Source: an uncultured Bacillota bacterium (GTDB lineage Bacteria; Sysuimicrobiota; Sysuimicrobiia; Sysuimicrobiales; Segetimicrobiaceae). Taken from it: DNA of 64,000 nt. The notes beneath the pieces were generated by a model. It was not told the DNA's origin and made no database searches. It saw nothing but the letters and a program-made list of their open reading frames with translations. The position numbers were made by a program, and so were the translations under genes. Positions 42,141-53,849 of the stretch are shown piece after piece. The DNA lies in contig CAWDRG010000015.1 in assembly GCA_963804645.1 (NCBI GenBank), forward strand, positions 439,457-503,456, in the 5' to 3' direction. How positions within the stretch are numbered: the first letter of the stretch is position 1; every line of letters starts with the position of its first letter.

Positions 42141-42371
42141 ATGGCTCGAGCAGGCCTGATCCGGCACCAGGTGTGGGACGAGCGGAAACGCGCCCGGTGG
42201 TCGGTCGGTACGACGATCGCGTATCAGTCGGCGATTTGGCGCGTGCAGGGCGTGCTGATTGCCGCCACGCCCGGCGGCGCGCCCGAGCTTCGGTGGGTCC
42301 TCGACGAGCAAATGGCCCAGGGTATCGATGTGGGCGGTGACGGAGAGAACGGAGGAGAGGCCGATGGATAG
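42141..42371 (+). CDS. Small hypothetical protein (76 aa)
   Basis: GGAAGGGG RBS; its stop overlaps the wza start at 42364. Confidence 0.45.
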   Translation: MARAGLIRHQVWDERKRARWSVGTTIAYQSAIWRVQGVLIAATPGGAPELRWVLDEQMAQGIDVGGDGENGGEADG

Positions 42372-43416
42372 AGTACGCTCGTCCTGGCGGCTCGCGCTGG
42401 TCGCCGCTGCCGTGATGACCATGGTCTGGGCGGGAATGGCGCCCGCGGTGATTGCGGCCGCGCCCCCGTCGTCGCCGTCGCCGGATCCGTCGGCCCCGTC
42501 TGCGCCCGGTCAACAAGCGACGCCACCGGCCCCGAACCCTTCCGGGCCGCAACCGGTCGTACCGCCTGCACCTGCGGATACGACGGGTCCGGCGTCACTC
42601 GAATATCGCGTGTCGCCCGGTGACATCCTGACCATCTCGGTGCTCGGCGAGGCAGAGGTGAGCGGCCCGTTCTTGGTCGCCCCGGACGGCACGATCTCGA
42701 TGCAGCTGATCGGGCAAGTGCAGGCGGAGGGTCTCACGCTTCCGGAGCTCACCGAGAAAGTGACCCAAGCGCTCACGAAGTTTATCCGTAAGCCGCAGGT
42801 CGCCATTGCGATCCAGTCGACCTCCGGCAACCAGAAATTCGTGTACCTGCTCGGCCAAGTGAACCGGCCGGGCGCGTATCCGATGCAGGCGGGGTGGACG
42901 ATCGCGGCGCTGATGGCGACGGCGGGCGGGTTCACGGGCGCCGCGGAGCTTCCCAGGTCGTTCATCCTCCGGAAAGACCAGACCCTGCCGGTGAATCTCG
43001 AGAAGCTGCTGATTGACGGGGACACCGATGCGAACGTCGAGCTCCTGCCTGGCGATGTCGTCATCGTCCCCGAAACGAAGGCCCGCGTCCTCGTGGCGGG
43101 GTACGTGCAGAAGCCGGGCCCGTACCTCATCCAGCCAACAGACCGTGTCGTGGACGCGATCGCGGCGGCGGGGGGCCCGCTCCCGAGTGCCCAAATGAAA
43201 GACGTGGGGGTCATCCGGAAATCTGCGGCGGGCACAAAGGACGTGCCCGTGACGCATCTTGACCTCACCGCGTACTACAAGAGCGGGGACACCAAACAGA
43301 ATATCCTCTTGCAGGACGGGGACGTTGTCTACGTGCCAAACCCGGGCTTCAACTGGCTGAACGTCTTGAACGCGATCGGCAGCGTGGCATGGATTACCTA
43401 TTGGATACATCCTTGA
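42364..43416 (+). CDS. wza: Polysaccharide export protein (Wza/Poly_export plus SLBB domains)
   Basis: EYRVSPGDILTISV, VAPDGTI, VYLLGQVNRPG, LLPGDVVIVP, LQDGDVVYVP. Confidence 0.88.
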   Translation: MDRVRSSWRLALVAAAVMTMVWAGMAPAVIAAAPPSSPSPDPSAPSAPGQQATPPAPNPSGPQPVVPPAPADTTGPASLEYRVSPGDILTISVLGEAEVSGPFLVAPDGTISMQLIGQVQAEGLTLPELTEKVTQALTKFIRKPQVAIAIQSTSGNQKFVYLLGQVNRPGAYPMQAGWTIAALMATAGGFTGAAELPRSFILRKDQTLPVNLEKLLIDGDTDANVELLPGDVVIVPETKARVLVAGYVQKPGPYLIQPTDRVVDAIAAAGGPLPSAQMKDVGVIRKSAAGTKDVPVTHLDLTAYYKSGDTKQNILLQDGDVVYVPNPGFNWLNVLNAIGSVAWITYWIHP

Positions 43417-43463
43417 CCCGGCGCGACTCGACTTGCACGCAGTGAACAAGGAGGCTTGGGATC

Positions 43464-45647
43464 ATGGAGTTCTGGAGACTATATCGGGTACTCCGTCAGC
43501 GGCGAAAGCTGATCTTGGCCGTGACCGCCGCCGCGCTCATCGCGGGCCTCGTCGCCGGTCAACATAAAAGCAACGATTACTCTGCCACGGCAACGCTGAC
43601 ATTACCGACCGTCCAGCAGTTCTTCTTTGTCTCCGGGATGGGCTCGGACGCCGGGGCTGCGGCGGCAAACGGTGGAACGCTCATCGTCGATATGATTCGG
43701 AGTCGCGAAGTCGCGAACCGGGTCATCCAGCAGCTTCAACTCCCGATTCCGCCGGATGAGCTGGAGGGCCGCATCACGATCTCGCAGGATCCCAATACGC
43801 CCAGCGTGTTTCGGATCACCGCGACGGGGCAGACCCCGTACCAGGCGGTGACGATCGCGAATGCGTTCGCGGACAACGTCGCCGCGTACGATCAGGAGAC
43901 GCAGCGTCAGCAGGCCACGCTCGCCCGCGAGTTTGTCGAGAAAAACGTGAACGACACACAAACGCGGCTGGCCGACGCCGAGAACCAGTTGCTGGCGTTC
44001 CAACAGCATAACGGGACGGTATTGGCCACCGGGGCGAGTGCGGTCTTGAGCAATCTCCAGGCGAACGCGCGGCAGATCGACTTTGACATCCAGGCACAGA
44101 CCGCGCGGCTCGACGCGCTCGCCCGGCAGATGAACGGCCAGCCCAGAACGCAGACCAATCAGTTGCTGTTCCAGAACCCGGTCGCCCAGCAGCTGGAAGG
44201 GCAGTTGATCCAGCTGCAGGTGCAGTTGACGTCGCAACTCGCGATCCACACCGAGAGCTATCCCGGCGTGGTGGCGATGGAAGCCACGGTGCAGGCGATC
44301 AAGGATCGCCTGAACACCGAAGTCAGCAAGATCATCTCCGCGCAACAGGTCGTACACAATCCGCTTTATGATGCGCTGTCGCAGCAACGCGTCGCGGGCG
44401 AAACGGATCTGCTGGCGCTCGATGCGCGGAAGCAGGCGGTCGCCAGCGCGATTGCCGGGATCACGCAGCAGCTGCCGGGAACGGCCCAAACGCAGCTGGA
44501 CCAGGCGCGCCTGACTCGGACGGCCGACATTCTCACCCAGCAGTTGACCAACCTCCAGAACCAGCTCGCGCAGGCGAACTTGCACGAGCAGGAGGTCCAA
44601 AATATCGGGAGCCTGAGCGTCCTCGATCACGCGCGGTCGGCCGCGCAATCGCCCCTGGGAGGACTGCGCTTCAAGCTCATGATCGCGCTGGTCCTCGGAC
44701 TCTTGGGCGGCGTGGCCCTCGCGTTCTTCCTCGAGTATCTGGACAATCGGCTCAAGACCCCGGAGGCCGCCGAGCGTCTGCTGGGCGTGCCGGCGCTGGT
44801 CGCGATTCCGAGCCACAACCCGCCGTTCGACGAAGCGTACCGGATGCTCCGGATCAATCTGGGTATCCACGAACGCGGGGACGTGATCACCCTGACGTCG
44901 CTGAAGCCGCGGTCGGGCACCAGCACGGTGGTGGCCAATCTCGCTCGGGCGTTCGCCCAGGCGGGGAAGCGGACGATCGTCGTGGACGCCGCCTTTTCCT
45001 CTCCCGCGCAGCATCGGCTCTTCGACGTGCCGAACGAGCGGGGATTAGCTCAAGTCCTTGCCGGGGACGCCACAATCGCGGACGTGTTGGCGCCGGCGGG
45101 GACGAATCTCTGGGTTGTGCCCTCCGGCCCGGAGCCGTGCGGAGAATCGCGGGCCTACGTCGGGAATGGCGAAATGACGGCGGCGCTCGACGCGTTGCGG
45201 CAGGCCGGGGACGTGGTCCTCATCGATACGGCGTCCGCGGGGGCCTTCGCCGATGCGTTCGATCTCGCTCCGCTCACCTCCGGTGTGCTGCTCGTGGTTG
45301 ATGCGAATCAGGTGCCTCGGGGAGTGGAGGAACAGATTAAGCTGCAGTTCGATCGTCTGCAGACGCCCGTGATTGGCGCGGTGTTGACGAAGGTGGCCCC
45401 GTCGCAGGTGGATAGCTACTTCTACCAGGAGCGCTTCTACAACCCGGCTCCTCGCCGCCGCCTGACCGTGACGCCGACAGTGGCCGTGTTGATTGGGTTC
45501 TTGCTGGCCGCGGCCTTGATTGCAGGACGCATCGCCTGGATGCGGAGTGACGCGCGCGCGGCGACCGTCTCCACCATGGAGAGTAACTTGACGGCCGCGG
45601 TGCGTGCGGTCCAGCACGATGCAAGCGTGTCCGACTTTGGGAGGTAA
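43464..45647 (+). CDS. wzc: Polysaccharide co-polymerase / Wzc-like chain-length regulator with degenerate kinase domain
   Basis: Two transmembrane helices flanking a coiled coil; EYLDNRLKTPE, EAYRMLRINL, VVANLA, VLIDT. Confidence 0.82.
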   Translation: MEFWRLYRVLRQRRKLILAVTAAALIAGLVAGQHKSNDYSATATLTLPTVQQFFFVSGMGSDAGAAAANGGTLIVDMIRSREVANRVIQQLQLPIPPDELEGRITISQDPNTPSVFRITATGQTPYQAVTIANAFADNVAAYDQETQRQQATLAREFVEKNVNDTQTRLADAENQLLAFQQHNGTVLATGASAVLSNLQANARQIDFDIQAQTARLDALARQMNGQPRTQTNQLLFQNPVAQQLEGQLIQLQVQLTSQLAIHTESYPGVVAMEATVQAIKDRLNTEVSKIISAQQVVHNPLYDALSQQRVAGETDLLALDARKQAVASAIAGITQQLPGTAQTQLDQARLTRTADILTQQLTNLQNQLAQANLHEQEVQNIGSLSVLDHARSAAQSPLGGLRFKLMIALVLGLLGGVALAFFLEYLDNRLKTPEAAERLLGVPALVAIPSHNPPFDEAYRMLRINLGIHERGDVITLTSLKPRSGTSTVVANLARAFAQAGKRTIVVDAAFSSPAQHRLFDVPNERGLAQVLAGDATIADVLAPAGTNLWVVPSGPEPCGESRAYVGNGEMTAALDALRQAGDVVLIDTASAGAFADAFDLAPLTSGVLLVVDANQVPRGVEEQIKLQFDRLQTPVIGAVLTKVAPSQVDSYFYQERFYNPAPRRRLTVTPTVAVLIGFLLAAALIAGRIAWMRSDARAATVSTMESNLTAAVRAVQHDASVSDFGR

Positions 45648-45653
45648 CGAACA

Positions 45654-46982
45654 GTGAATGCGGTGACCGCTTTTGCCCATGAATCGGTGCTCGAGCCGAA
45701 GATCTGCACCCATACGGCCCGGGTCGGTGTGATCGGCCTCGGGTATGTGGGGTTGGCGCTCGCCACGGAAACGGCGCGAGCCGGCTTTTCGGTCGTCGGG
45801 GTGGAGGTGGACCCCGCGCGGGCCGCGATGGTCAACGAGGGGCGCTCCTACATCACCGATGTGCGGGACGACGACCTCCGCAGCCTCGTGGAGAGCAAGA
45901 AACTCACGGCCACGACAAGCTATGCGGCGCTCGACGGCGCGGACGTCTTGATCATCTGCGTTCCAACGCCGCTGACAAAGAGTAAGGAGCCCGATCTTTC
46001 CTACGTGACCGCCGCAACGCGGGACTGCCTCTCGGCCGTCCGGCCGGGGATGCTCGTCGTCCTCGAAAGCACGACGTATCCCGGCACCACGGTCGAGGTG
46101 ATCGAGCCGATGCTCGCGGCCCGCGGCCTTCGGGCCGGCGACGAGGTCGCGCTGGCGTTTTCGCCGGAGCGGATCGATCCGGGAAACCACGGCCATCCGT
46201 TCCGCAGCATCCCAAAGATCGTCGGTGGACTCACGCCTTCGTGCACCCGGATTGCGCAGATGTTTTATCAGCAGATCGTCGACCGGGTCGTGCCGGTGTC
46301 GTCTCCGACGGTCGCCGAGATGGTGAAAGTGTACGAGAATGTCTTCCGCAACGTGAACATCGCGCTCGTCAACGAACTGACGCTGTTGTGCGATCGCATG
46401 GGGCTCGACGTGTGGGAGATCATCGAGGCCGCGTCGACGAAGCCATACGGGTTCATGCCGTTTTATCCCGGTCCGGGCATCGGCGGACACTGCATTCCGG
46501 TCGATCCGTATTACCTGTCGGCAAAGGCGCGCGAGTACGATTTCCACGTCCGCTTCATCGAGCTCGCCGCGACCGTGAATGACAGCATGCCGTATCACGT
46601 GGTATCGCGGACCACGACCGCGCTCGAGGCGTCGGGGAAGAGTGTGCGCGGCGCGAACATCATGCTGCTCGGCGTCGCGTACAAGCGGGATATCGCGGAT
46701 GTGCGGATGTCCCCCGCGCTGAAAATCCTCGAGCTGCTGGAGAAGCGCGGTGCGCGGGTGACCTACCACGACCCGCTCGTGCCTCAAATCACGGTGCCGA
46801 ACCCCGGCGTCCTCGACTCGGTGGCGCTGACCGAGGAGGCGTTGTCGGGGGTGGATTGTGTGGTCCTGACGACGGATCACAGCAGCGTCGACTACGCGCG
46901 GGTGCTCCGGTGCGCGCCGCTCATCGTCGACACCCGCAACCGGCTGCGTGATACCCGGGCGCCGCACGTGGTGCGGTTGTGA
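45654..46982 (+). CDS. UDP-N-acetylhexosamine 6-dehydrogenase (WbpA/WecC-like)
   Basis: VIGLGYVG, ICVPTP, LESTTYPGTT, FSPERIDPG, GPGIGGHCIP, GVAYKRD. Confidence 0.92.
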   Translation: MNAVTAFAHESVLEPKICTHTARVGVIGLGYVGLALATETARAGFSVVGVEVDPARAAMVNEGRSYITDVRDDDLRSLVESKKLTATTSYAALDGADVLIICVPTPLTKSKEPDLSYVTAATRDCLSAVRPGMLVVLESTTYPGTTVEVIEPMLAARGLRAGDEVALAFSPERIDPGNHGHPFRSIPKIVGGLTPSCTRIAQMFYQQIVDRVVPVSSPTVAEMVKVYENVFRNVNIALVNELTLLCDRMGLDVWEIIEAASTKPYGFMPFYPGPGIGGHCIPVDPYYLSAKAREYDFHVRFIELAATVNDSMPYHVVSRTTTALEASGKSVRGANIMLLGVAYKRDIADVRMSPALKILELLEKRGARVTYHDPLVPQITVPNPGVLDSVALTEEALSGVDCVVLTTDHSSVDYARVLRCAPLIVDTRNRLRDTRAPHVVRL

Positions 46983-47018
46983 CGAGGCGGCCCCGGGGCG
47001 TGGTGCGGGGACTGTAAT

Positions 47019-48502
47019 CGTGGCCATCGAGGCTGGACGGACCGCAGGCGATCGGTCTATCATCGCGATCGCAGTCGCCGCGGGCGCGCTCGTGGCGGCG
47101 TCCCTGGTGGTACTGCAGGGCTCGCAGGTGGTGCTGCCGGCCGTTGCGGTGGCGGCAGCGATGCTCGCCATGTTCAATCGGAAAGTGGCGCTCTACCTGA
47201 TCCTGCCGGCGATGGCGCTCTCGCCCGACATCTCCCTCGCGGGAGTTCCGGTCCGAGTCGAGGACCTCCTGATGGTCCCGCTCGCCATCGGATGGCTCGC
47301 GCACCTGTGCGTGACGCACGAACGACAGAGGACGCCGCTGGACCGCTTGCTGATCGCCTACGCGTTGGTCGCGTTCGCGGCGACCGGATGGGGCATGCAC
47401 CTGGGGACCGTGCATCTGTTCAGCGTCAGCAAGTACGTGAGTTCGTCGTTTCAAGTCTTGAAGCGGGTGGAGTTTGTCCTGCTGTTCCTCATCGTCGCCG
47501 ATACGGTGCGGACGACCCGTGATGTCCGGACCATGAGCTACGTGCTGATCGGCTCCGCGGTCGCGCTGAGCATCTTCGCCGCCCAGCAGTACGCGAACAA
47601 CGGGTCCATTGCGCTCGGGCCCGAAGGCGCTCCGATCCACGAGCCCGGGTTTGCCTCGATGCTCACAGTCGCGCTGGCCCTCGGCATGATGCGGGGCGCT
47701 ACCACCCGCGGCAAGCTCATGCTGGCCGCGGTCGTGCTGTTCGCGATCGCGACGCTCCCGCTGTCGCTCGGCCGGAACTACATCGCCGCGACCGCGCTGA
47801 TCCTGTTGTACGTCGGCTGGAAAGAACAGCGCTGGATCTTTGCGGTGGTGCCGATTCTCGTCGTGCTGACGTTTCTGGTGTACCCGCAGCGGGATCACCA
47901 ACGCATTTCGACGCTCCAGAACGTCTTGTCCACCAACACCAAACTGGGGAACACCGCGGTGGCCCCGACGTCCGTCTTTTTCCGAGCAGAGGCGCCACTG
48001 TATTACGCGAAACTCGCGCTTGGACATTCGCCGGTGTTCGGCTACGGCATGGGGGTCGTGCCCCTCGGGGCGGTCGACAGCGAGTATGTGATTCAACTGG
48101 CCTACACGGGTCTTGCCGGACTGATTATCTTCTTAATCTTAGGCGTGCAACTGTTCCGCCTGACGAAGGAAGCACGGCTCGCGGCCAACACGCCGTTCGA
48201 TGGCGGGTTTGGCCTTCGGCTTTCAGCTCGTGATCGCCGGATACGCGATCTACAGCCTCTTCGCGGCCTCGGTGTCGGCCACGCATACGGGCGGGCCGTT
48301 TTTCGTCGTGGCCGCGCTCGCGGGGGCGCTGCTCCGCTCCTCGGTCGCCGAGCGCGCAGAGCAGGGGGCCCGGGGTCCGGCCGGCACGATCGTGCGAGCC
48401 GTGGCCGGCGGGGAGGCACGCCTCGCGGTCTCCGCGCGGTTCGCGGCCAGACGACAATTGTGGCTCGCACATCCACTGACCGAGCGGAGCGGCGGGCGGT
48501 AA
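47019..48502 (+). CDS. O-antigen ligase/Wzy-like multi-pass membrane protein, frameshift near 48205
   Basis: About 11 transmembrane segments; SLGRN, HSPVFGYGMG, DSEYVIQLAYTGLAGL. The C-terminus is in ORF 48200-48502. Confidence 0.75.
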
Positions 48503-48606
48503 GCCGCCGTGCTCGGGGACGGCGGCATGGTTCGTCCCCGCGATTCGTTCCACCATGCGCGCGGAGATCGTGGCGGGTACGGAGCGACACGGGAGGTGTC
48601 ACGGGA

Positions 48607-49962
48607 ATGCGGATAGCGGTGATCGGCGCCGGGTACGTCGGGTTGACGATCTCGGCGTGCTGGGCGCGCCTTGGGCATCACGTCACGTGCGTCGAGAGCG
48701 ACCCCGAGCGCCTGGCGACGATTCGCGCGGGCACGGTGCCGTTCTACGAGCCGGATCTCCAGGAGCTCGTGACGGAAGGGATGGAGCGCGGGGCGTTTGG
48801 GGTGACCGACGCGTTCGGCGATGCCGTCGGGCCGGCGGAAGTCGTGTTCATCGCGGTGGGCACACCGTCTCTGCGCACCGGCGAGCCTGATCTCTCGGCG
48901 ATCGACGCGGTCACCGACGCGCTCCGCCGCATGCCCGGCTCCGACCGTGTGGTCGGGATCAAGAGTACGATCCCCGTGGGGACGACCGATCGGATCGCCG
49001 ACGCGCTTCGGGGCAGAGGGCCGGCCCGGGTGGCGCACACGCCGGAATTCCTCGCCGAAGGATCTGCCGTGTCCGACTTCTTTCACCCGTACCGGGTGAT
49101 TGTGGGTACCCGTTCTCAGACCGCTGGGCGGGTCCTTTCCTCGCTGTATCAGCCGCTGGGATGTCCGATTCTGGTGACGGATCCGTGCACGTCGGAGATG
49201 ACCAAGTACGCGTCCAACGCGTTCTTGGCGACCAAGGTGTCGTTTATCAACCAGGTCGCCGTCCTCTGCGAGCGCGCCGGAGCGGACGTGTTGACGGTGG
49301 CGAACGGCATGGGACTGGATCCCCGGATCGGCACGAATTTCTTCAAGCCCGGAGTGGGGTTCGGCGGGTCCTGCTTGCCGAAGGACACGCGCGCGCTCAT
49401 CGCACTGGCGCGTCAGTTCGAGGTGCCCTCGGATCTGTTCGACGCGGTGCTGGAGACCAACGAGGCGCAGCGCGGCGCGTTTGTGGAGAAGGTGCGCGCC
49501 GCCGTCGGCGATCTCTCCGGCAAGCGAGTGGCCGTCTTCGGGTTGGCGTTCAAGGGCCGCACCAGCGATATCCGGGAGTCGCCCGCGATCGACATTGCGG
49601 GGCGTCTCGTCGCTGAAGGTGCGGTGGTCCGCGCGTTCGATCCTGCGGCTGAAGATGCCGCGGCGCGCGCGGTCCCGGGGCTCTTCTGTTGCCCGGATCC
49701 CTACGAAGCGGCAGAAGGCGCCGACGCGATCACGATCCTGACCGACTGGCCGGAATTTTCGGCACTTGACTGGGGCCGGCTGCGTCAGATCGTGCGACAG
49801 CCGCTGGTACTGGATGGACGTGCCTTGCCGGTCGCGAAGGCCGCGATCGCTGCGGGATTTGTGTACACGGGGCCGGGGGCCGTTCCCGCGGCGCCTGCGG
49901 CGACCGCCGCGGTGCGTGAACACAGTGCCTCGATGCCTGTGCTCGATCAGGCCCGAGGGTAG
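48607..49962 (+). CDS. ugd: UDP-glucose 6-dehydrogenase
   Basis: GGAGG RBS; MRIAVIGAGYVG, IAVGTP, KSTIPVGT, PEFLAEG, KYASNAFLATK, GFGGSCLPKD. Confidence 0.93.
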   Translation: MRIAVIGAGYVGLTISACWARLGHHVTCVESDPERLATIRAGTVPFYEPDLQELVTEGMERGAFGVTDAFGDAVGPAEVVFIAVGTPSLRTGEPDLSAIDAVTDALRRMPGSDRVVGIKSTIPVGTTDRIADALRGRGPARVAHTPEFLAEGSAVSDFFHPYRVIVGTRSQTAGRVLSSLYQPLGCPILVTDPCTSEMTKYASNAFLATKVSFINQVAVLCERAGADVLTVANGMGLDPRIGTNFFKPGVGFGGSCLPKDTRALIALARQFEVPSDLFDAVLETNEAQRGAFVEKVRAAVGDLSGKRVAVFGLAFKGRTSDIRESPAIDIAGRLVAEGAVVRAFDPAAEDAAARAVPGLFCCPDPYEAAEGADAITILTDWPEFSALDWGRLRQIVRQPLVLDGRALPVAKAAIAAGFVYTGPGAVPAAPAATAAVREHSASMPVLDQARG

Positions 49963-50808
49963 TGGGCGCCGTGGCGGTTACCCAGGTTGAACTGGTCATC
50001 GAGGGCGGCGCCTCCGGGCGTCTGCCTGCGCGGCTCCGCGAGTTGTGGGCGTACCGTGAAGTCGTGTGGGCGTTCGCCGAGCGCAATGTACGGCTCAAGT
50101 ACAAGCAAGCAGCGCTCGGCGCGGCCTGGGCCGTCCTCCAACCCCTGATTTTTCTGGCCGTGTTTTTCGTCGTGTTCGGTCGTCTCGCAAAGGTGTCCGG
50201 GGGCGGTACGTCATATCCCGCGTTCGCATTGGCCGCGCTCGTGCCCTGGTTCTTCTTGCAGACGTCGGTGTCGTTCGGCGCGCAGGCGCTGCAGACGGAT
50301 GGCGCACTGGTGCGGAAGATCTATTTTCCGCGCGAGTCGTCGGTGCTCGGCGCCGTCTTGAGTTCCGGTCTCGATTTCGCGTTTGGGTTGGGCCTGCTCT
50401 TGGTGCTCGAGCCGTTCCTAGGCGGACGTCTGTCCTGGAGCCTCGTCGCCATCGTTCCGCTGTGGCTGATGCTCGCCGCGCTGGCATCGGGCGTAGCGCT
50501 CACGTTGGGGGCGCTCAACGTCTACTATCGGGATTTTCGGCATGTGCTGCCGGTGATGTTGCAACTGTGGATGTTCGCGAGTCCTGTGGCCTATCCGCTG
50601 ACGAGCATCCGATCAGAGTACAAAACGTTGTATATCGTTGCGAACCCGGCCGCGGGAATTCTCGACGGTTTTCGGCGCGTCCTCACGCAGGGGCAATGGC
50701 CCGACCCTAGTTTGTTCGCCATCAGCGCCGTCGAGTCGTTGCGCCATCGCCTACGTGGGCTACTGGATCTTCAAGTCTCTCGAACCGGGCTTTGCCGATG
50801 CGATCTAA
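49962..50808 (+). CDS. wzm: ABC-2 polysaccharide transporter permease, frameshift near 50740
   Basis: ELWAYRE, KYKQAALGAAWAVLQP, VRKIYFPRE, LNVYYRD, SPVAYP; the true end is FKSLEPGFADAI*. Confidence 0.9.
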
Positions 50809-51054
50809 ACCGTACTCTTGGCGTTCCGGCCCAAACACGGCGCGAGGCGATATCGCCGCACACGTTGTGCGACCCGCCGCTCAGCGCCCCTCGTGACCGT
50901 TCCTCTGCGGTTACGTTGGCGTGATGTCCGTGGCATGGTTGCAGACTGCAACATTCTGGGCTGCACTAGTCCGCAATTGCGACGGCGCAGGTCTCTGTTG
51001 GCGTCGCCCGCACGTGAGTCGATCGGCGTTGGATCGGGTCTGGCGCGAGCACGC

Positions 51055-52291
51055 ATGACCAAAGCACGTGTGAGCGTGATTATTCCCACATACAATTACG
51101 GCCGGTTCCTCGAGGCCACGCTGAGTAGCGTGCTCGGGCACGTTCCCGGGATACCTGAGGTGATCGTGGTAGACGACGCGTCGACCGACGACACCGCGTC
51201 TGTGGTAGCGAAGTTTCCGCAGGTTCGCTATGTCCGTCAGGATCACCTGGGCGTGGCTGCCGCGAGGAACCGCGGAGCCGCGGAGGCTGACGGCGAGTTT
51301 TTGTGTTTTCTTGACTCGGATGACCAGCTGTATTCCTGGTGCACTACGTGATCATGGGGCGTTCCTTGAGGCTCATCCTGACGTGGATGCGGTGGTGGGC
51401 GGATGGGTGTACATGGATGCCTCTGGAGCCCCGCTGCCGCAAACGGGTCGGATTCCAGCCGGACCGGTTACCGCCCGGCAGATCGTGCGGGAGGGGTGCC
51501 AGCCGGCAACCCCGGGAACCGCATTGGTTCGGCGCAGCGCATTCGATCGGGTCGGTGGGTTCGATGGGACGGTGTCACCCGCCGAGGACCTGGATTTCTG
51601 GATTCAGGTGGCGGCGTCCGGGGGCCGGATCGTCGGGGTGGAACGCCCTGCGGTGCGCATGCGAGTCCACGAGGGGAGCGCAACCACGCAGGTGGAGAGG
51701 ATGGCGCGACAGGCGACCATCGTCTACGAACGGTTCTGCGCCGGCGCGGGAGGGGCTGGCGCGCTCAGAGAGTCCGCACTGTTCTACACGCGCGTGGCGC
51801 TGGCCGCCGCCTACTGGCAGCGTGGGCAGCGGGAAAGCTGGAGAGCGCATCTGTTGGATCCGCTGGTGGAGACTTCATCCGCGTGGGAATCTCCTGAGAT
51901 CTTCGTGCGCCTCGCCTGGCTGCTGCTGCCAAATGGTTGGCGTGCCGCTTCCGTGTTGCGTGCGCGGTTGTCCGAGGTCGCGGAAGGTCTCTGTGACGCC
52001 ATCGAGACTCTTGAGACAGGGCCATCACGAACCCGGCGGCGTGCTGCGGCCGGGTTCGTGGCGCTGGCGGATCTCTACTGGGCTTCCGGTCGAACGGATT
52101 CGGCGCGTCGGGTTCTGCGCCGCGCGCTTGCCGAATATCCGATGGCACTTCGGTTCCCACGCGTGACGCTCGATGCTGTTGAAAAGCCTGCTCCCTGCGC
52201 CGGTGCTTGGCCGGATCCGATCCTTGCGCCACGCGAGTTCTGGGCGGCAGGCAGCGCACGATGCGTAGCCGGGGGGATGAGCGGGAATTAA
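51055..52291 (+). CDS. GT2 glycosyltransferase, frameshift near 51335
   Basis: VSVIIPTYNY, VVDDASTD, ARNRG, FLDSDD, VGGFD..AEDLDFW. Confidence 0.85.
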
Positions 52292-52379
52292 GGCGGCTGA
52301 GCGCTCGGGAACGGGGACCCGAGGCCGGCCGTCTGCGGGCGCGGGACGCGACGTACCTCGGCACGAGCCGCGCGACCCG

Positions 52380-53632
52380 GGCCACGGCACACCGACTGGC
52401 CGCCTGCTGACGATTTACGTGTCACACCCGTCCGCCTGCCTCACGGACCACTTGCCGCACGGCGACGGTCTCATGGCTTACGAGTTCATCAGCCGTTTGG
52501 CGCGGCGAGGGCACACCGTCCACGTGGCCGTGCCGCGTGCCGAGATCGCTGGGCCGCTGCCTGACTCCCTAGTACTCCATCCCTACCAGGTCCACGCACC
52601 GCGTCCCTCGCTTGCGCCGCTTGCCACGATGCTTCACGTGCGCCGGATCGTCCGCGAATCTCGCGCGTTCGCGGATGCCCGACATCATCCACCAGTGGAA
52701 CCCTGTCGAGCCCGGGCTGAGCGTGCTTGTCAGCGGGATGGGCGTTCCGCTCGTCTTGGGGCCTTTCGTCCCGGACTGGCCGCATGAGGACGTCCCGCGG
52801 GCCGCGACGGCGTGGGCCACTTGGGCTGGCCCGGGCTGCAACGGCGGCGCTCGTCGGTCGGGCTGATCGCGTTCAAATGCGGCGAGCCGCAGCGCTGCTG
52901 CTCTCCACGCCCGCGGCGGCGGTCCGATTGCCGGCTCGGATGCGCCGTGCGGACACGGTGCGCATCCTCCCGTATGGCGTGGACACGCAACGATTCTCGC
53001 CGCCCACGGTCGCCGTGCAGGGCCCGCCCCGTATCCTGTTTCTGGCCAACCTCTTTGCCCGGAAGGGGATCTACACTCTGCTCGAGGCCTTCCGGGTGAT
53101 CAGCGATGCCATGCCGCAGTGCGAGTTGTGCATTGGGGGAACGGGGCCTGAACTCCCACGCGTTCTCAAGACGGTGGGTGCGATGGCGAATCGGTCGCGG
53201 ATAACCGTCATGGGGGCGATCGCCCGGTCGCGCGTGCCTGACGTGATGCGGACTGGCACCGTCTACTGCCTGCCATCTCACGGCGAGCCCTTCGGCGCGA
53301 GCGCCCTGGAAGCGATGTCATGCGGTCTTCCGCTCGTGGTCACCGATGCCGGAGGACTCCGGTACCTCGTGGATGCGGCGGGCGGGCGCAGGGTCCCGGT
53401 CGGCGATCCGGACAGACTGGCGGAAGCGGTGCTCGAGATCATTCGCGCCCCGAAACTCGCCGAAGCCATGGGACGCCACAATCGGGCGCGGGCAGTCCGC
53501 GAGTATGACTGGGATGTATTGGTTGATCAACTAGAGGCTGTATACAATGATGTCATGGCCACGCGTCTCCGGCGAAGTAGAAGTAGTGGAATAGGCGGAT
53601 GTGTACCCGAACCAGCCGCGGTGCAACGTTGA
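52380..53632 (+). CDS. GT4 glycosyltransferase, frameshifts in the N-terminal half; start uncertain
   Basis: PHGDGL, YGVD, ILFLANL..RKG, PSHGEPFG..LEAMSCG. Confidence 0.82.
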
Positions 53633-53849
53633 GCAGAACGACGCACGCCGCGATATTCATGCGAACGCGATGTCGCGCTCGAACTAGCGATCGTGCGGAT
53701 TTCCGTTCGCGCTCGGGCCTAGGTCGAACGGGGCTCGTCGTGTGTTCAGCAAATAAGCGTCCGAGCAGGGTGCCTCGCATGGCGAGGGTCAGACGTGCGC
53801 CACGCGGCGCCGAACTGAAAATCAATCGCGCTTGGAGGATGATTCGCTA

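Noticed and set aside
45045..49923. Long antisense ORFs (45045-47177, 48250-49923; similarly 5447-7060, 239-1606, 30189-31691)
   Set aside because: These are shadow ORFs opposite well-supported genes, expected in high-GC DNA, and carry no motifs.
46948..49962. 1004-aa ORF suggesting a ligase-UDP-glucose dehydrogenase fusion
   Set aside because: A frameshift near 48205 causes read-through. The ligase C-terminus is in another frame, ugd has its own RBS and ATG at 48607, and the linker is low-complexity Arg-rich sequence.
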